Of a stretch of DNA of 17,048 nt, positions 7,541-15,853 are shown piece after piece. The notes beneath the pieces are model-generated. The model searched no databases. It was not told the DNA's origin and worked only from the letters and a program-made list of their open reading frames with translations. Position numbers and translations under genes: made by a program. This DNA is from Sulfurimonadaceae bacterium (lineage in GTDB: Bacteria > Campylobacterota > Campylobacteria > Campylobacterales > Sulfurimonadaceae): positions 1-17,048 of the forward strand of contig JBFEXS010000038.1 in NCBI GenBank assembly GCA_041562555.1, written 5' to 3'. Every line of letters begins with the position of its first letter. Within the stretch, counting starts at the first letter, position 1.

Positions 7541-7662
7541 TGCTAAAAATTGTTCACATGAATAGTTTGAAATAGAGGTAAATGTGAATAAGTTTATAAG
7601 TAGGTGTTTGGGGTAAAACTTATATTCCCGATAATAAGGAGTTTAAAGATGATTATGAATTT

Positions 7663-7687
7663 AAAAACCCCCAAAATATAGGGGTTT
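7663..7687 (-). terminator. Intrinsic terminator-like hairpin with no adjacent CDS
   Basis: - strand reads AAACCCC-TATATTTT-GGGGG-TTTTT, a GC stem followed by a U tract, more than 400 nt downstream of the perR stop. Confidence 0.5.
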
Positions 7688-7806
7688 AAGCTATATTTAT
7701 GTTAAGAAAACAGAGTGTGAGAATTTCAAAATTTCAGAAAAAAATAAAGAAATATTTATAAAAAATTAAGTCGTAAAATTTAGATTTTGATCAAAAAAAT
7801 CATTAG

Positions 7807-7852
7807 GTTGTTCACACCTTTGAACAACGTGTGAATATTACACATATTCACA
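7807..7852. repeat. Two abutting inverted repeats
   Basis: GTTGTTCA (7807-7814) / TGAACAAC (7821-7828) and TGTGAATAT (7830-7838) / ATATTCACA (7844-7852). Confidence 0.7.
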
Positions 7853-8067
7853 ATATTTTAAAATTTCATAGGTCCAAAAAATATGATTAAGCTCAAAAAA
7901 AAGTTGTAATTGGATATGTAACCATATATTCAAAATGGTGTTTGATGAGAGATTATTTGATATGGGGGAATCTTACGAAAAGGATGAAAATTGATTGTAA
8001 CTGAAATATAAATGGCTAACTCAGTTTATAAAGTAAAAATGCAGGTTTTGTGGTATTATTTCAACAC

Positions 8068-8096
8068 AAACAGTCTCCCTGGTGTGTTGACTGTTT
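8068..8096 (-). terminator. Hairpin just after the perR stop, possible terminator
   Basis: AAACAGTC / GACTGTTT 8-bp stem beginning 4 nt after the stop; - strand tail TTTGTGTT. Confidence 0.45.
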
Positions 8097-8100
8097 CCTT

Positions 8101-8505
8101 CTATTTGTTTTGACAAGCCTCACAAATCCCACTGAAGATGACAGAATAGTTTTCAATTTTATAATGACTTTGATCTTTTACCTGTTCGAGTAGTTCATGC
8201 ACATTAATATGTATATCCGTTACGGATTCACATTGTGTACATACCATGTGCATATGCTCGGTTTTTGACAGTTCATATTTTGACTTATTATGAGGTATCT
8301 TCACTTCTGAAATAAGCTTATTCTCCAACATCGCATTCACATTTTTATACAGGGTCGCCAGAGAAATAGAGGTAAACTTTTTTTTAATATGACTAAAAAG
8401 CTCTTCAATACTGATATGACCTTTGTCATGCATGATCGATAATATGCTAAGACGCTGAGGCGTGACTTTCAAATGGTGCTCACGCAGTAATGTTTCATAA
8501 TTCAT
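8101..8505 (-). CDS. perR: Fur-family peroxide-sensing repressor (134 aa)
   Basis: LKVTPQR, SISLATLYKN helix, HMHMVCTQC and C-terminal CEAC zinc motifs; divergent from peroxide-defence genes. Confidence 0.85.
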   Translation of the reverse strand: MNYETLLREHHLKVTPQRLSILSIMHDKGHISIEELFSHIKKKFTSISLATLYKNVNAMLENKLISEVKIPHNKSKYELSKTEHMHMVCTQCESVTDIHINVHELLEQVKDQSHYKIENYSVIFSGICEACQNK

Positions 8506-8511
8506 AATAGG

Positions 8512-8520
8512 ATTATAGCA
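8512..8520 (-). promoter_or_regulatory. Extended -10 promoter of perR (leaderless geometry)
   Basis: TGCTATAAT on the - strand, followed by 6 nt and then the ATG; no SD. Confidence 0.7.
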
Positions 8521-8560
8521 TAGGCAGAAAAATTAGTATCTGATAAAAATAATTAGTAAA

Positions 8561-8575
8561 GGATAATTATTATCC
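8561..8575. promoter_or_regulatory. Fur/PerR-type 7-1-7 operator
   Basis: GGATAAT-T-ATTATCC perfect 7-1-7 inverted repeat between perR and the rubrerythrin gene. Confidence 0.7.
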
Positions 8576-8589
8576 ACTAAGTTTTAAAC

Positions 8590-8598
8590 TGTTATAAT
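8590..8598 (+). promoter_or_regulatory. Extended -10 promoter of the rubrerythrin-peroxidase operon
   Basis: TGTTATAAT about 40 nt upstream of the ATG; AAGGAAGG SD follows. Confidence 0.7.
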
Positions 8599-8639
8599 TT
8601 TCCAAAGGAAAAAAATTCTCCTTTAGAAAGGAAGGCATT

Positions 8640-9299
8640 ATGCGACAGTATGAAAGCTATAAATGTTCTGTTTGTGGAAATGAGGTTGAGGTCTCCCATG
8701 TAGGTGGTGGTGAGCTTAGTTGTTGTGGAAAGCCGATGGAGAATATAACGGACAACCTGACAATGGTGAATCTGTTAAAGGCATTTGCCGGTGAATCACA
8801 GGCAAGGAATCGATATGAATATTATGCAAAGGTAGCACAAAAAGAGGGCTATAGAGATATCGCCGAACATTTTCAACGGGCAGCTAATAATGAAAAGACC
8901 CATGCCAAATTAGAGTTGGCCATGTATAATAGAATGGAAAGCGGGTCGGATAATAGTTTTGGTGATACCAAAGAAAACCTGCAAGAAGCGATCAACGGTG
9001 AGTCCTATGAGAATCTGACGATGTATCCTGAGTTCTCCCGTATAGCAGAAGAAGAGGGACATGTGGAAGCTGCGAAACTTTTTGCTGCGATTGGCAAGGT
9101 TGAAGTGGAACATGAAAAAATGTATAAGCTACTTTTAGATAGACTTAACGCAGGTGCAGAATTTGAGAGTGAAGATGACGAAGAAGAGTGGATTTGCGAA
9201 GTTTGCGGACATGTACATCGTGGCAAAAAAGCATTGAAAGTCTGTCCTGTGTGCAAACACCCTCAAGAGTATCAGTCGCGTTTAAATAATAAAAAATAA
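8640..9299 (+). CDS. Desulforubrerythrin (desulforedoxin domain + diiron four-helix bundle + rubredoxin-like domain, 219 aa)
   Basis: N-terminal YKCSVCGN...[18 protein letters not shown], two ExxH motifs (EKTH, EVEH), C-terminal WICEVCG...CPVC. Confidence 0.92.
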   Translation: MRQYESYKCSVCGNEVEVSHVGGGELSCCGKPMENITDNLTMVNLLKAFAGESQARNRYEYYAKVAQKEGYRDIAEHFQRAANNEKTHAKLELAMYNRMESGSDNSFGDTKENLQEAINGESYENLTMYPEFSRIAEEEGHVEAAKLFAAIGKVEVEHEKMYKLLLDRLNAGAEFESEDDEEEWICEVCGHVHRGKKALKVCPVCKHPQEYQSRLNNKK

Positions 9300-9313
9300 A
9301 AAGGAGACAATAG

Positions 9314-10333
9314 ATGTTGAAAACAGTAGTAATCAGTAGTACTTTAGCAGTAAGCGTTATGATGGGTTCGTCCCTGATAGATCAGGCAAAAGAAGCGGGT
9401 CTGCAAGCAATCCCAAAAGATGCGGGTGCAGTGCGCAAACTTGTGGATAATCCGAAAAACCCTATCACGGACGCCAAGGTCGCCCTTGGAAAGATGCTCT
9501 ATTTTGAGCCTCGTATCTCAAAGAGCGGATTGATCTCATGTAATACCTGTCACAACCTTGCTACCGGTGGTGTGGATGGTGTTGCTGCTGCGATAGGGCA
9601 TAAATGGACGGCAAACCCACACCATTTGAACTCACCGACGGTATATAATGCGGTCTTCTTTGATGCACAGTTCTGGGATGGACGGGATCCAGATCTAGAA
9701 AAGCAGGCGCAGGGCCCTATTCTGGCAGGACCGGAGATGGCTGCGACAAAAGAACATGTTGTTGCAACGGTAAGTTCAATGCCTGGATATGTGGATGCCT
9801 TCAAAAAAGCATATGGAAAAGATGTGAAGATCACGTATGAGAATATTACAGCTTCAATCGGACTGTTTGAGCGTACTTTAGTGACACCGGCACCATACGA
9901 TGCTTTTTTACAGGGTGATACCAAGGCCATGACTGCTGAAGAGCAAGAGGGTCTAAAGACATTTATTGATAAAGGATGTGCGACATGTCACACGGGTATC
10001 GCACTTGGTGGTTCGATGCAGGCATTTGGTGTCACCGGTGAATACAAATATGCAGACGTCGGTGACTTCAAAGGTGACAAGAACGGATTGGTAAAGGTTC
10101 CGACACTTAGAAATGTTACGCAGACAGCTCCATATTTCCATAATGGTGCAGTGACAACCTTGAAAGAGGCGATCGTCGAGATGGGACGCATTCAACTCGG
10201 GATAAAGATTAGCGATAACGAAGCAAAAAAGATCGAGACTTTCTTCCATGCACTTGAAGGTAAGAAACCTGAAGTGACCTATCCTCAGCTTCCAAATGCT
10301 ACGGCAACAACTCCAAAGCCAAACGTAAATTAG
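9314..10333 (+). CDS. Periplasmic di-haem cytochrome c peroxidase (339 aa)
   Basis: Signal peptide, two CxxCH motifs (CNTCH, CATCH), QFWDGR, KVPTLRN, APYFHNG; AAGGAG SD. Confidence 0.95.
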   Translation: MLKTVVISSTLAVSVMMGSSLIDQAKEAGLQAIPKDAGAVRKLVDNPKNPITDAKVALGKMLYFEPRISKSGLISCNTCHNLATGGVDGVAAAIGHKWTANPHHLNSPTVYNAVFFDAQFWDGRDPDLEKQAQGPILAGPEMAATKEHVVATVSSMPGYVDAFKKAYGKDVKITYENITASIGLFERTLVTPAPYDAFLQGDTKAMTAEEQEGLKTFIDKGCATCHTGIALGGSMQAFGVTGEYKYADVGDFKGDKNGLVKVPTLRNVTQTAPYFHNGAVTTLKEAIVEMGRIQLGIKISDNEAKKIETFFHALEGKKPEVTYPQLPNATATTPKPNVN

Positions 10334-10340
10334 ACCTTCC

Positions 10341-10371
10341 TGTCTCTTTGCCCTTCAAGGGTACAGAGACA
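10341..10371 (+). terminator. Long hairpin after the peroxidase gene
   Basis: TGTCTCT-t-TGCCCT / AGGGTA-c-AGAGACA stem, 7 nt after the stop. Confidence 0.65.
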
Positions 10372-10446
10372 ATTAACCAGACGACTTCAGATTAAATCAT
10401 ACAATTTAGTGTAAAATAGTATGGATTCCTAACAACAGAGGTAGAT

Positions 10447-11376
10447 ATGCCAAAGACAGCACAGATCCATGTGATGAAGGTTTTAATCATTGATAGTGCT
10501 AATAGCGGGAGCAATCTATTAAAAGCTGTATTAGAACAAGAAGCTTTTGAGAATGTATTTACGGCGACCTGCCTGGATGAGGTATGGGGTATATTACAGA
10601 CTCATGATATTGACCTTATATTACTCTCTTACGTTTTACCAAAGATCAGTGGTGCAGAGGCCTGTAAAAAGATCTCATCCAATCCACGGTATGAAGATAT
10701 ACCGATCATCATGGTAACGGCAAATAATGAGATCGAGACCCTGCAGAATAGTTTTGAGAATGGTGCGATCGATTACATAGCCAAGCCATTTAACGGGCAG
10801 GAACTGATAGCACGGGTTCAAGCTCATCTGATCCGAAAGAGTATTTCGGATCAACGCAAAAAGATAGCCATTACGGATCCGCTTACCGAGGTGTATAACC
10901 GTCGGCATTTTGATATGGTCTATGATGAGCTTTACACACGCTCTATACAAGAACATAAGACGATGACCTTTATGATGATCGATATTGACAACTTCAAGAA
11001 GTATAATGATAATTATGGACATCAGAAGGGGGATTCTGCACTTAAATCAGTCGCAGGTGCTATTAAGGAGCAAATAGAGGGCATAAATGGCAGTCTTTTT
11101 AGATTGGGAGGTGAAGAGTTCGCTGTTTTACTTTTTGATGCTTCTGAGACTCTTTTAAAAAGCCTTAGTGGGGATATTCACAAGGCTTTGGGCTTTTTAA
11201 AAATCGAACATGCATATAATGAAGCATTTGGGTATCTGACAATATCTATGGGCGTGACCCGTGTGCAATGCAGTCCGGAGATCTCCAAGTTTGCTATTTA
11301 TAACAGTGCGGATCAGGCATTATATGGGTCCAAGAAAAATGGCAGAAACCAAACGACCTTCTCTGTAGTCAATTAG
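10447..11376 (+). CDS. REC-like domain + GGDEF diguanylate cyclase (309 aa)
   Basis: Receiver fold motifs (VLIID, IPIIMVTA, GAIDYIAKPF); DPLT, DIDNFKKYND, GHQKGD, RLGGEEF, ADQALY...K..GRN. Confidence 0.92.
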   Translation: MPKTAQIHVMKVLIIDSANSGSNLLKAVLEQEAFENVFTATCLDEVWGILQTHDIDLILLSYVLPKISGAEACKKISSNPRYEDIPIIMVTANNEIETLQNSFENGAIDYIAKPFNGQELIARVQAHLIRKSISDQRKKIAITDPLTEVYNRRHFDMVYDELYTRSIQEHKTMTFMMIDIDNFKKYNDNYGHQKGDSALKSVAGAIKEQIEGINGSLFRLGGEEFAVLLFDASETLLKSLSGDIHKALGFLKIEHAYNEAFGYLTISMGVTRVQCSPEISKFAIYNSADQALYGSKKNGRNQTTFSVVN

Positions 11377-11378
11377 TC

Positions 11379-11483
11379 CTAATCCTCGTCATCCTTGCTG
11401 TTGACAACGACGATCATCCCGCCGATACCGATAATTGCGACAATACTGATAAATATGATTTGAAACAGGTCTGTTGCTAACAT
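11379..11483 (-). CDS. 34-aa single-pass membrane protein [34 protein letters not shown]
   Basis: AAAGGTGAG SD; ATG overlaps the rlmN stop; fills the gap to the convergent cyclase gene almost exactly; about 20 hydrophobic residues then an acidic tail. Confidence 0.8.
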   Translation of the reverse strand: MLATDLFQIIFISIVAIIGIGGMIVVVNSKDDED

Positions 11484-12595
11484 GTGTGCTCACCTTTCTC
11501 ATTTAGATTGTCTTGCTTCTTGATTGTGGCCAACTCATCTTGATCTTTCTCTTTGAGCTGACCGCAGGCAGCCGAGATATCGATTCCTTTTGATTGTCGG
11601 ATAGTACATAAAAGCCCGTGTTTGATGAGGTATTCTTGAAACTTCACCATGGATGCTACGCTTGGGCGTTCATAAGGGCTTCCCGGATAGGGATTGAAAA
11701 AGATAAGATTGACCTTGGCTTTGATACCGGTCAAGAGTTTCACGAGCTTTTTGGCAGAGCCCAGGTCATCGTTCTTATCTTTGATAACAAGGTATTCGAA
11801 CATGACACGTTTACGCGTGTCGATAGGAAAGCGTTTGACAGCTTCGATGATAGAGTTGATATTGTGTGCTTTGTTCATAGGAATCAGTTCGGTCCTAAGT
11901 TCATCATCAACGGCATGCAGGGAAATGGCAATGTGTACACCCAGATCCATCTCTCCGAGTTTATCTATTTTTGTGCTGAGTCCGGAGGTGGATACGGTCT
12001 GACGTTTGGCGCCGATGGCCAGACCGTCTTCCTCTTTGAATATCTTAATGGCAGTTGCAAGATTATCAAGATTATCCAATGGTTCGCCCATGCCCATGTA
12101 GACGATGTTCATGCGCTTTGCAGCAGGGATGTTGTTGTCGATCTTTATCGCGAGTACCTGGGCGACGATCTCTCCGGGAGTAAGATCACGCGTAAATCCA
12201 CCCTTTGCTGTCAGACAGAAGGTGCACCCTACTTTACATCCGACTTGGGTAGATACACATACGGTATATTTCGCTTCAGAAGTGATCTCACCATCATGTC
12301 CAAGCTCTTCGGGTTTCATAAGCAGCAGAACGGATTCGATCGTCTTGCCGTCGGGAAGAGAAAAGAGATATTTGATGGTTCCATCATCACTTAGCTCTTT
12401 TTTGACAATACTCAAAGGCATCAAAGAGTATTTTTCATCCAGTTCCTGGCGTAGGCTTTTTGGGATGTTTTGCATCTCATCAAAGCTTTTGACATAATTA
12501 TGATAGATCCAGCTATAGACCTGCTTGGCACGAAAGGCCGGTTTGATCTCTTTAGCCAGCTCCTCTTTTGTAAAGTCTAATATGGTCTTTTTCAC
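11477..12595 (-). CDS. rlmN: 23S rRNA A2503 / tRNA A37 C2 methyltransferase, radical SAM (372 aa)
   Basis: [38 protein letters not shown] start overlaps the upstream stop (GTGA). Confidence 0.97.
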   Translation of the reverse strand: MKKTILDFTKEELAKEIKPAFRAKQVYSWIYHNYVKSFDEMQNIPKSLRQELDEKYSLMPLSIVKKELSDDGTIKYLFSLPDGKTIESVLLLMKPEELGHDGEITSEAKYTVCVSTQVGCKVGCTFCLTAKGGFTRDLTPGEIVAQVLAIKIDNNIPAAKRMNIVYMGMGEPLDNLDNLATAIKIFKEEDGLAIGAKRQTVSTSGLSTKIDKLGEMDLGVHIAISLHAVDDELRTELIPMNKAHNINSIIEAVKRFPIDTRKRVMFEYLVIKDKNDDLGSAKKLVKLLTGIKAKVNLIFFNPYPGSPYERPSVASMVKFQEYLIKHGLLCTIRQSKGIDISAACGQLKEKDQDELATIKKQDNLNEKGEHTC

Positions 12596-13131
12596 GAAGT
12601 GAGCTCTTTGATACGTCTTTGAACATGCTCGCTTAAAAGCTGTTTTGCCTTCTCATGATTCTCTAAAAAGTCCTTATGGGCATCGGCGTTGGTAAAGTTG
12701 GTCACACAAAAGACACCGCCGGCAGGAATGTTAAATTCCTGTGCGATACGCAATACAGAGAAGAATTCCATGTTTTCGATACCAACACCAAACTTCAAAT
12801 AGTTTTTTGCCAACTCAGCATCGGTAGAGATATAGTTGCATGAGTTCACAACGATATCTTTGGTTCCTTCGATATTCGTACTGACTACATTGTCCAAAGG
12901 AGTATAGGACTTATGTTCCAAAAAGGAGAGTTCAATATTCGAAGCTGTCTTGGATTCGACAATATCAAAGATGTTTTTGTGTCCATATGAGCCTGCAGTC
13001 CCTACAAAAAGAAGGAATTCGGGTTTATCAAACAGGCACAGACGCGTGAGGTTCATTGCCATCTCTACTAGACCTACTCCCATCGGAGTCGCAAAATCAA
13101 AGGTTTCGTTGTTTCCTGCACATATGATCAT
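12592..13131 (-). CDS. Short nucleoside phosphorylase/nucleosidase-family protein (179 aa)
   Basis: [19 protein letters not shown] and VTN motifs of the PNP/UDP phosphorylase fold. Confidence 0.8.
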   Translation of the reverse strand: MIICAGNNETFDFATPMGVGLVEMAMNLTRLCLFDKPEFLLFVGTAGSYGHKNIFDIVESKTASNIELSFLEHKSYTPLDNVVSTNIEGTKDIVVNSCNYISTDAELAKNYLKFGVGIENMEFFSVLRIAQEFNIPAGGVFCVTNFTNADAHKDFLENHEKAKQLLSEHVQRRIKELTS

Positions 13132-13132
13132 T

Positions 13133-13891
13133 TTAGAGCCTTACCGGGATATTTTGGTCATGGAGATAGTGTTTCAGGTCCATGATATCGATCTCTTTAT
13201 AGTGAAAGATCGAAGCGGCCAAGGCGGCATCGGCACCATGGTCGAAAGCCTCCTTGATATGTTCCATTGTTCCCGCACCGCCACTGGCAATGATAGGAAC
13301 GTTGACGAGCTTGGAAATCTGTTCCGTGATCGGTATATCAAAACCGGCCTTAGTACCGTCAGTGTCCATAGAGGTAAGCAATATCTCCCCTGCACCTCTA
13401 TCAACGGCCTCTTTTGCCCATTCGACGGCATTGATCCCTGTATCGACACGTCCGCCGTTTAGATAGACATTGTATTGATCACCCGTCTTTTTCACATCAA
13501 TGGCGACGACAATACATTGAGCACCAAAACGTTTTGCACCTTCGTTGATCAATTCCGGACGTTTAATGGCGGCAGAGTTTAAACTGACCTTATCGCAGCC
13601 GACATTGAGCAACTTGTAAATGTCTTCAAGCTTTCGGATCCCGCCTCCCACAGTGAGCGGGATAAAAACCTCTTTCGCTACTTGTTCAACAATATCGACG
13701 ATAGTCTCTCTATTATCGGAAGAGGCAGTGATATCCAAGAATGTGATTTCGTCAGCACCCTCTTCATTGTAACGTTTAGCCACCTCTACAGGATCACCGG
13801 CGTCTTTCAGTCCAACAAAGTTAACACCTTTGACAACCCGCCCGTCTTTGACATCGAGACAGGGGATAATGCGTTTTGCGAAGTAGTCCAT
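13133..13891 (-). CDS. hisF: Imidazole glycerol phosphate synthase cyclase subunit (252 aa)
   Basis: [49 protein letters not shown]. Confidence 0.98.
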   Translation of the reverse strand: MDYFAKRIIPCLDVKDGRVVKGVNFVGLKDAGDPVEVAKRYNEEGADEITFLDITASSDNRETIVDIVEQVAKEVFIPLTVGGGIRKLEDIYKLLNVGCDKVSLNSAAIKRPELINEGAKRFGAQCIVVAIDVKKTGDQYNVYLNGGRVDTGINAVEWAKEAVDRGAGEILLTSMDTDGTKAGFDIPITEQISKLVNVPIIASGGAGTMEHIKEAFDHGADAALAASIFHYKEIDIMDLKHYLHDQNIPVRL

Positions 13892-13914
13892 GGATTTTCC
13901 TTTATATAAACGCG

Positions 13915-13920
13915 ATTATA
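13915..13920 (-). promoter_or_regulatory. -10 element of the hisF operon
   Basis: TATAAT 23 nt upstream of the ATG, followed by an AAGGA SD. Confidence 0.6.
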
Positions 13921-13948
13921 ATCATTTTTGGCTTATGGAGCCTATAAG

Positions 13949-15418
13949 TCAATTTGAATCATTGAGTTTTATCTTGCCGATGCCGGCTTTTTCAAAACTG
14001 ATAAAAAGAGCGTCTTCTGCCTTGTTGAGAGTACTGCTTAAGGCGAGAGCATCCTTTTTGGTGCTTTTGTAGGTACTGACATGTTTCATATCTTTCTTAT
14101 CTGTCGTATTGATATAATAGACGCCATCCTCCAATGCTGAAGCATAAAGTCTCTCCCCATCTTTGGAAAGAGTAAAGGTATGGACCTGTGCCGGTGTTAA
14201 ACAGGTAGAGATCAAAGAGATATTATTGTCTTGAGAGAGATCAAGTACGTGAATTCCGGCATCTTTTGAAGCGACATATGCGATCTGTTTGTCGGGTGAT
14301 AGGATAAGATCATCCGCTCCCGTTTCAAGGGGAAAGTTTAGTAGCTCTCTTGGATTACCGAGGGTAGAGATGTCCAGTACACTGACGCCTTCACTGTGTG
14401 CAAGGTAGAGTCGTGAGCGGTTGTCATCCAGGTCAAGCTGATTGATCTTGACGCCACGGTTGTAGTTGGCAAGAAGGCGAAACTCATCCTTATTATAGAT
14501 ATCAATGATAGTCAAGCCCTTCTCTTTACGAACCACAAAGCTGGTGATACCATCTGCGGAAGTGATAGAGGCAGTGGCACGGATCTTGGTATAACTGTCT
14601 TTTTGCAGAGGTGCTTTTGGCTGGGAAATATCAAGGATTGTATATCCGTTTTTCACATCACTCAGGTAGAGAAAGTTCCCATCGGAAGATTGTGAGATAT
14701 CTACCAAAGAGCATCCTGTAGAGCTAAAGTCAAAGCTTGCGACTTCAGAAGCATTAGCAAAGTTTTTGATATCGATACTTTTAAAACAGTGGCTTCCATC
14801 GGCGATGAAGGCATAGTGCTCATTGTTTGAAAGCAGAAGCTTATGGCTTTCACCTTCGGCATTATAGCCCTGGTTCAGAAGGTGGACGGTAGGCATATGT
14901 CCTTTGACATACTCCATAAGCTCGGTGTCAGAGCTCAGTGTTTCGAAGTGTGTGTCGAGCACATCGATCTTACCCCGGGTTCGATAAGCGACATAAAAGG
15001 CCATGGCACGTTTTAGGATGACACGATTCTCGAGGATAGGTCCGCCACCTGTATTGATGATTCGGGTAAACCCTTCATAATCATCGGCATCAATCGTTTG
15101 CAGCAGATAGCCATTGATAGAGCGGATGATGTCGTCATGTTCCTTTTGCAGCGTTCTAAGACCGTTGATATAGGCTTTTTTGTCTTGTTTATCTGGTTTG
15201 GAAGCCTTTTCAATCTTGTTTGCCAGGGAAAGAAGCTCTTGAACATGGGCATGATAGGGCTGGGCTTTCTCACTGACTTTCTCAAAACTGGAAAACTTGG
15301 AAAATACGGCATCTGCCTTATATAAAGGTGTTCCGAGTTGGGCGAACATCTTAGGATATTCTTCTTGGGAAATAGCAGATGTAAACAAAAGGATCGAGAT
15401 TAAAAATATACGTATCAT
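13949..15418 (-). CDS. Exported protein: helical N-terminal domain + LVIVD-repeat beta-propeller (489 aa)
   Basis: Signal peptide MIRIFLISILLFTSAIS; repeats such as YTILDISQP, LTIIDI, VSVLDISTLGNP, IHVLDLS at about 42-residue spacing. Confidence 0.75.
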   Translation of the reverse strand: MIRIFLISILLFTSAISQEEYPKMFAQLGTPLYKADAVFSKFSSFEKVSEKAQPYHAHVQELLSLANKIEKASKPDKQDKKAYINGLRTLQKEHDDIIRSINGYLLQTIDADDYEGFTRIINTGGGPILENRVILKRAMAFYVAYRTRGKIDVLDTHFETLSSDTELMEYVKGHMPTVHLLNQGYNAEGESHKLLLSNNEHYAFIADGSHCFKSIDIKNFANASEVASFDFSSTGCSLVDISQSSDGNFLYLSDVKNGYTILDISQPKAPLQKDSYTKIRATASITSADGITSFVVRKEKGLTIIDIYNKDEFRLLANYNRGVKINQLDLDDNRSRLYLAHSEGVSVLDISTLGNPRELLNFPLETGADDLILSPDKQIAYVASKDAGIHVLDLSQDNNISLISTCLTPAQVHTFTLSKDGERLYASALEDGVYYINTTDKKDMKHVSTYKSTKKDALALSSTLNKAEDALFISFEKAGIGKIKLNDSN

Positions 15419-15481
15419 GATAGACCTGAGATTGTGAAAATATTGTATGGGTTTAGTAAATTGATTTTATTGGAAATGAGC

Positions 15482-15739
15482 TTAAACCATCTCTAGGTTT
15501 TGAATAAAATGTGTTACTTTCTCAGGGGACATTTCACAGGGTTTGAGTAATCCATTTTTAATATATGGATAGTAATTCATGGAAATAAAGTCGTTTCCAC
15601 CCAGTTCTTCGGCATAAAGTTTGATGAGTCTGTTGTTGAGGTGGGTGTGCTTTGTTAGCAGATAGCGCTTATGTTGATATATGACATCATAAGCTCCATT
15701 GGGAAGCTCAAGCACTATTGCATGAAACGATCTAATCAT
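15482..15739 (-). CDS. Small conserved protein (85 aa from ATG 15739), family often loosely labelled peptide methionine sulfoxide reductase
   Basis: Motifs LYAEELGGNDFIS and LLKPCEM, recalled from that small-protein family. ATG at 15739 preferred to the TTG at 15766. Lacks the MsrA GCFW motif. Confidence 0.65.
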   Translation of the reverse strand: MIRSFHAIVLELPNGAYDVIYQHKRYLLTKHTHLNNRLIKLYAEELGGNDFISMNYYPYIKNGLLKPCEMSPEKVTHFIQNLEMV

Positions 15740-15806
15740 TTGAACATACAGTACAGATTGACTCAATATCCAGTTTGATCTGCTTTACGTATGGTGATAT
15801 ATCCAT
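15732..15806 (-). CDS. Candidate 24-aa peptide MDISPYVKQIKLDIESICTVCSND
   Basis: -10 TAGAAT (15831-15826), SD AAGGGA (15819-15814), ATG at 15806; stop overlaps the next ATG (ATGATTAG). Confidence 0.45.
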   Translation of the reverse strand: MDISPYVKQIKLDIESICTVCSND

Positions 15807-15853
15807 GTTGTCTTCCCTTTTGAGGATTCTACTAGAAAAGGTATAATACCCCT

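Noticed and set aside
7550..7565. Degenerate parS (TTGTTCACATGAATAG)
   Set aside because: About 10 of 16 matches in AT-rich DNA; better explained as a TTCACA-type box.
7488..7587. Direct repeat GTAAATGTGA (7488-7497 and 7578-7587), considered as CRISPR or target-site duplication
   Set aside because: Only two 10-bp copies in AT-rich DNA, no array, no cas or mobile genes.
7649..7681. 10-codon + strand ORF MIMNLKTPKI after AAGGAG
   Set aside because: Too short to support, runs through the terminator hairpin of the opposite strand, no informative composition.
11618..12394. 258-aa ORF antisense to rlmN, and similar shadow or alternate-frame ORFs inside nrdA, purB, ccp, hisF and other genes
   Set aside because: Fully nested in confident genes, no SD or recognisable motifs; expected by-product of codon bias.
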